The notes under the pieces: generated by a model
The model's input: the letters and a program-made list of their open reading frames with translations, nothing else
Databases searched by the model: none
What the model was told of the DNA's origin: nothing
DNA from: a virus
Length of the DNA stretch: 64,000 nt
Virus record (IMG/VR): IMGVR_UViG_3300008121_000011
Strand: one strand, 5' to 3'
Program-made: the position numbers and the translations under genes
Shown here: in pieces, positions 62,279-64,000 of the stretch
Numbering within the stretch: position 1 is the first letter of the stretch
How the letters are laid out: every line of letters begins with the position of its first letter

Positions 62279-62893
62279 TTACACATAGGAGTAAATGAGT
62301 TTTTGAATATCCTGGTATTTAAGCATATGTTGCCAGTTGCCAAGTTGAATCCATTCGATAGATGTATTTTTGAATAGCTGTGGAGACTCATCGCATTGCT
62401 TGCATGGAATCGTAGGGTTGACGGTGCATTTAAGATATTGCGAATCCGCAAAGTAAGGACACTGCTTATAAACTTCAATACTCTCACTTAGGAAGTAATC
62501 CTCCAAAGCCTTGTAAAGCAAAGGATGTAAACAACCTTGAAACGACCCGCCATATATCCGCAAAGCTATCCCTAGATTATTTGTGGCAAGGGCATAACCG
62601 ATTAGGTTGAAGCAAACATTAAAGCCAGTTCCCATCTCTTTTATTGTGAACCCGTTGTCACTAATCCGTAGACCTTTAGGGTAAAAGAATAGTTGCCTTT
62701 CAGGGAATAACTCTAGAGCGATTCCTTCAAGGTCAAAGCCTAGATTGTTCATTTGCTGGATTAGTTTTTTGGTGTTTTGGTTGCTCTCTAGAACTAGTTC
62801 ATGAGCTGCTTCTAATTTGTCGTTAGTGCAGTGAAAGCGATCGCTTAGCCAGTAGATTTCGATCATTTTGCTAACCTCTGGAAATAGTGGCAA
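62279..62893 (-). CDS. hypothetical protein
   Basis: 204-aa ORF. Confidence 0.45.
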   Translation of the reverse strand: MPLFPEVSKMIEIYWLSDRFHCTNDKLEAAHELVLESNQNTKKLIQQMNNLGFDLEGIALELFPERQLFFYPKGLRISDNGFTIKEMGTGFNVCFNLIGYALATNNLGIALRIYGGSFQGCLHPLLYKALEDYFLSESIEVYKQCPYFADSQYLKCTVNPTIPCKQCDESPQLFKNTSIEWIQLGNWQHMLKYQDIQKLIYSYV

Positions 62894-63078
62894 GTGTATC
62901 TGTTACCAGTCTTAATCACAACGTTACCGCCCTTTTTGCGACATAGCCTAGAAGCCTCTTGATTGCTTCTAGCTGTGATTTTACCAAGGTCAGAGAAGCC
63001 ATTGCCAACGGTGCGGTTAACTTGTGCGATCGCAGGGGTGGAAATAGAAAGCAATGCGAGGATTAGTAGACATTTCAT
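62863..63078 (-). CDS. secreted small protein
   Basis: 71 aa; signal-peptide-like MKCLLILALLSISTPAIAQ. Confidence 0.45.
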   Translation of the reverse strand: MKCLLILALLSISTPAIAQVNRTVGNGFSDLGKITARSNQEASRLCRKKGGNVVIKTGNRYTCHYFQRLAK

Positions 63079-63530
63079 GGTTTAATATTTGGTAGAAATG
63101 CAGTTTTTCGGGTTTCAGCGATCGCTTGTCATGGGGCGATCGCTGATTTTTAATGAAGTAGCAAAATAGCTTGATTGATTAAATCATCTCGCGATTCGTA
63201 GCCTAGCTCTTTCCAATTGTTAAGCAGTGATAGATTCTCAGGAATGGCTTTGAATCGGAAAAAGGTTTTTGCTTTACCAGTGTTTGGTCTAGCGCCGCCT
63301 CGTCCGATGCCTTTGGATTTAGTCATAGTCGCTTAGCTTTTCCCATAAATGAGCAATTAAACGATTGCGAGAATCGAAAGAAGAAAAACTCATACAAAAT
63401 AGCCACCAGCTAAAATTTTGTTTCACTTGCCAAAAGCCAAAAAGAATTGAATAGTAAATTTCTAATAAGTTGTCCATGATGCTTTATCCTTTTACGAATC
63501 GGGTAGCGAACCCGTGAAACGCTAGTTAAT

Positions 63531-63830
63531 TTAACGAATGACGTTTACTTCTTTTTCAAAAAGTTGAATAAACAATTCTTTAGGAATATCAGATTCAAAA
63601 GCTTCAACTTCTTTGTCATCATCTTCAAGTGGTTTTACTTGAAACGCTTCGTCAAGCCATTCAGTATTTGCATAATCAAGATCTTGATCATCAAATTCAT
63701 TTTGCCAAGCTTCAATTGCCTCTTTAGCATCTTGATGAATACGATCAGTTAATCCGCTTAGGAAGCGTTCATCACTATTTTCTTCCGACTTAAAATAAAC
63801 GCCTTGGTTCTTGATATAAAAATGTGCCAT
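63531..63830 (-). CDS. acidic hypothetical protein
   Basis: 99-aa Asp/Glu-rich ORF. Confidence 0.4.
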   Translation of the reverse strand: MAHFYIKNQGVYFKSEENSDERFLSGLTDRIHQDAKEAIEAWQNEFDDQDLDYANTEWLDEAFQVKPLEDDDKEVEAFESDIPKELFIQLFEKEVNVIR

Positions 63831-64000
63831 GATGCGTTATCTCCTTTGTGTTACTTGTGTTTGCGGCTTTCTCTCTCAGCCATGAATACATTAAAACATC
63901 ATCCCTTTGAATTGTCAACTAATTCATAGGGATAGGGTTTAATCTTAATATTTGGTTACAATTGGGGAATATTGAATGATCGATTGCAAAATCTTTTGAT

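Noticed and set aside
1-64000. GCGATCGC (HIP1) palindromes as local regulatory sites or CRISPR-like repeats
   Set aside because: They are dispersed through coding and non-coding sequence on both strands without regular spacing. This is a genome-wide compositional signature, not a discrete feature.

Overview
The window is gene-dense tailed-phage DNA, either a free phage or a prophage/phage-plasmid. It comes from a cyanobacterial background: the HIP1 octamer GCGATCGC is scattered through genes and spacers (not counted).

All calls rest on reading the ORF translations and the DNA by eye, i.e. motif-level recognition. No homology search was possible.

Layout:
- 0.7-6.5 kb (-): tail tip and fibre genes.
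- 6.7-10.7 kb: accessory island splitting the tail operon. It holds a KilA-N antirepressor, an unknown gene, a 5-repeat mini-CRISPR array, a TnpB/Cas12-like nuclease and an XRE HTH gene.
- 11.0-16.5 kb (-): tape measure, G/GT chaperones with an AAATTTA slippery site, and a major-tail-like gene.
- 16.5-18.2 kb (+): small island of unknown genes.
- 18.3-25.3 kb (-): small genes driven by repeated promoter cassettes, interrupted at 22.4-23.0 kb by an ORF-free region with two tRNA-like elements.
- 25.6-33.2 kb (+): early-type genes, ParB-like protein, a radical-SAM enzyme flanked by two paralogous small proteins, and terminase.
- 33.3-36.4 kb (-): scaffold-like gene and portal.
- 36.5-44.7 kb (+): capsid plus a second fibre-like set.
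- 44.7-47.0 kb (-): two adenine methyltransferases and small genes.
- 47.1-47.5 kb: hexamer-repeat Gly/Tyr-rich gene.
- 49.2-51.6 kb: iteron cluster plus primase-helicase.
- 53.6-59.8 kb (-): one operon ending in Cas7-Cas5-CysH-like-cupin-Cas6 with no adjacent array.
- 60-64 kb: HTH, HNH and small genes.

The two most interesting loci are:
1. The phage-borne TnpB/Cas12-like nuclease, whose stop codon lies inside the first repeat of its mini-array.
2. The array-less type IV-like Cas7/Cas5/CysH-like/cupin/Cas6 operon.

No integrase, Cas1/Cas2, TnpA or lysis enzyme was recognised in the window.
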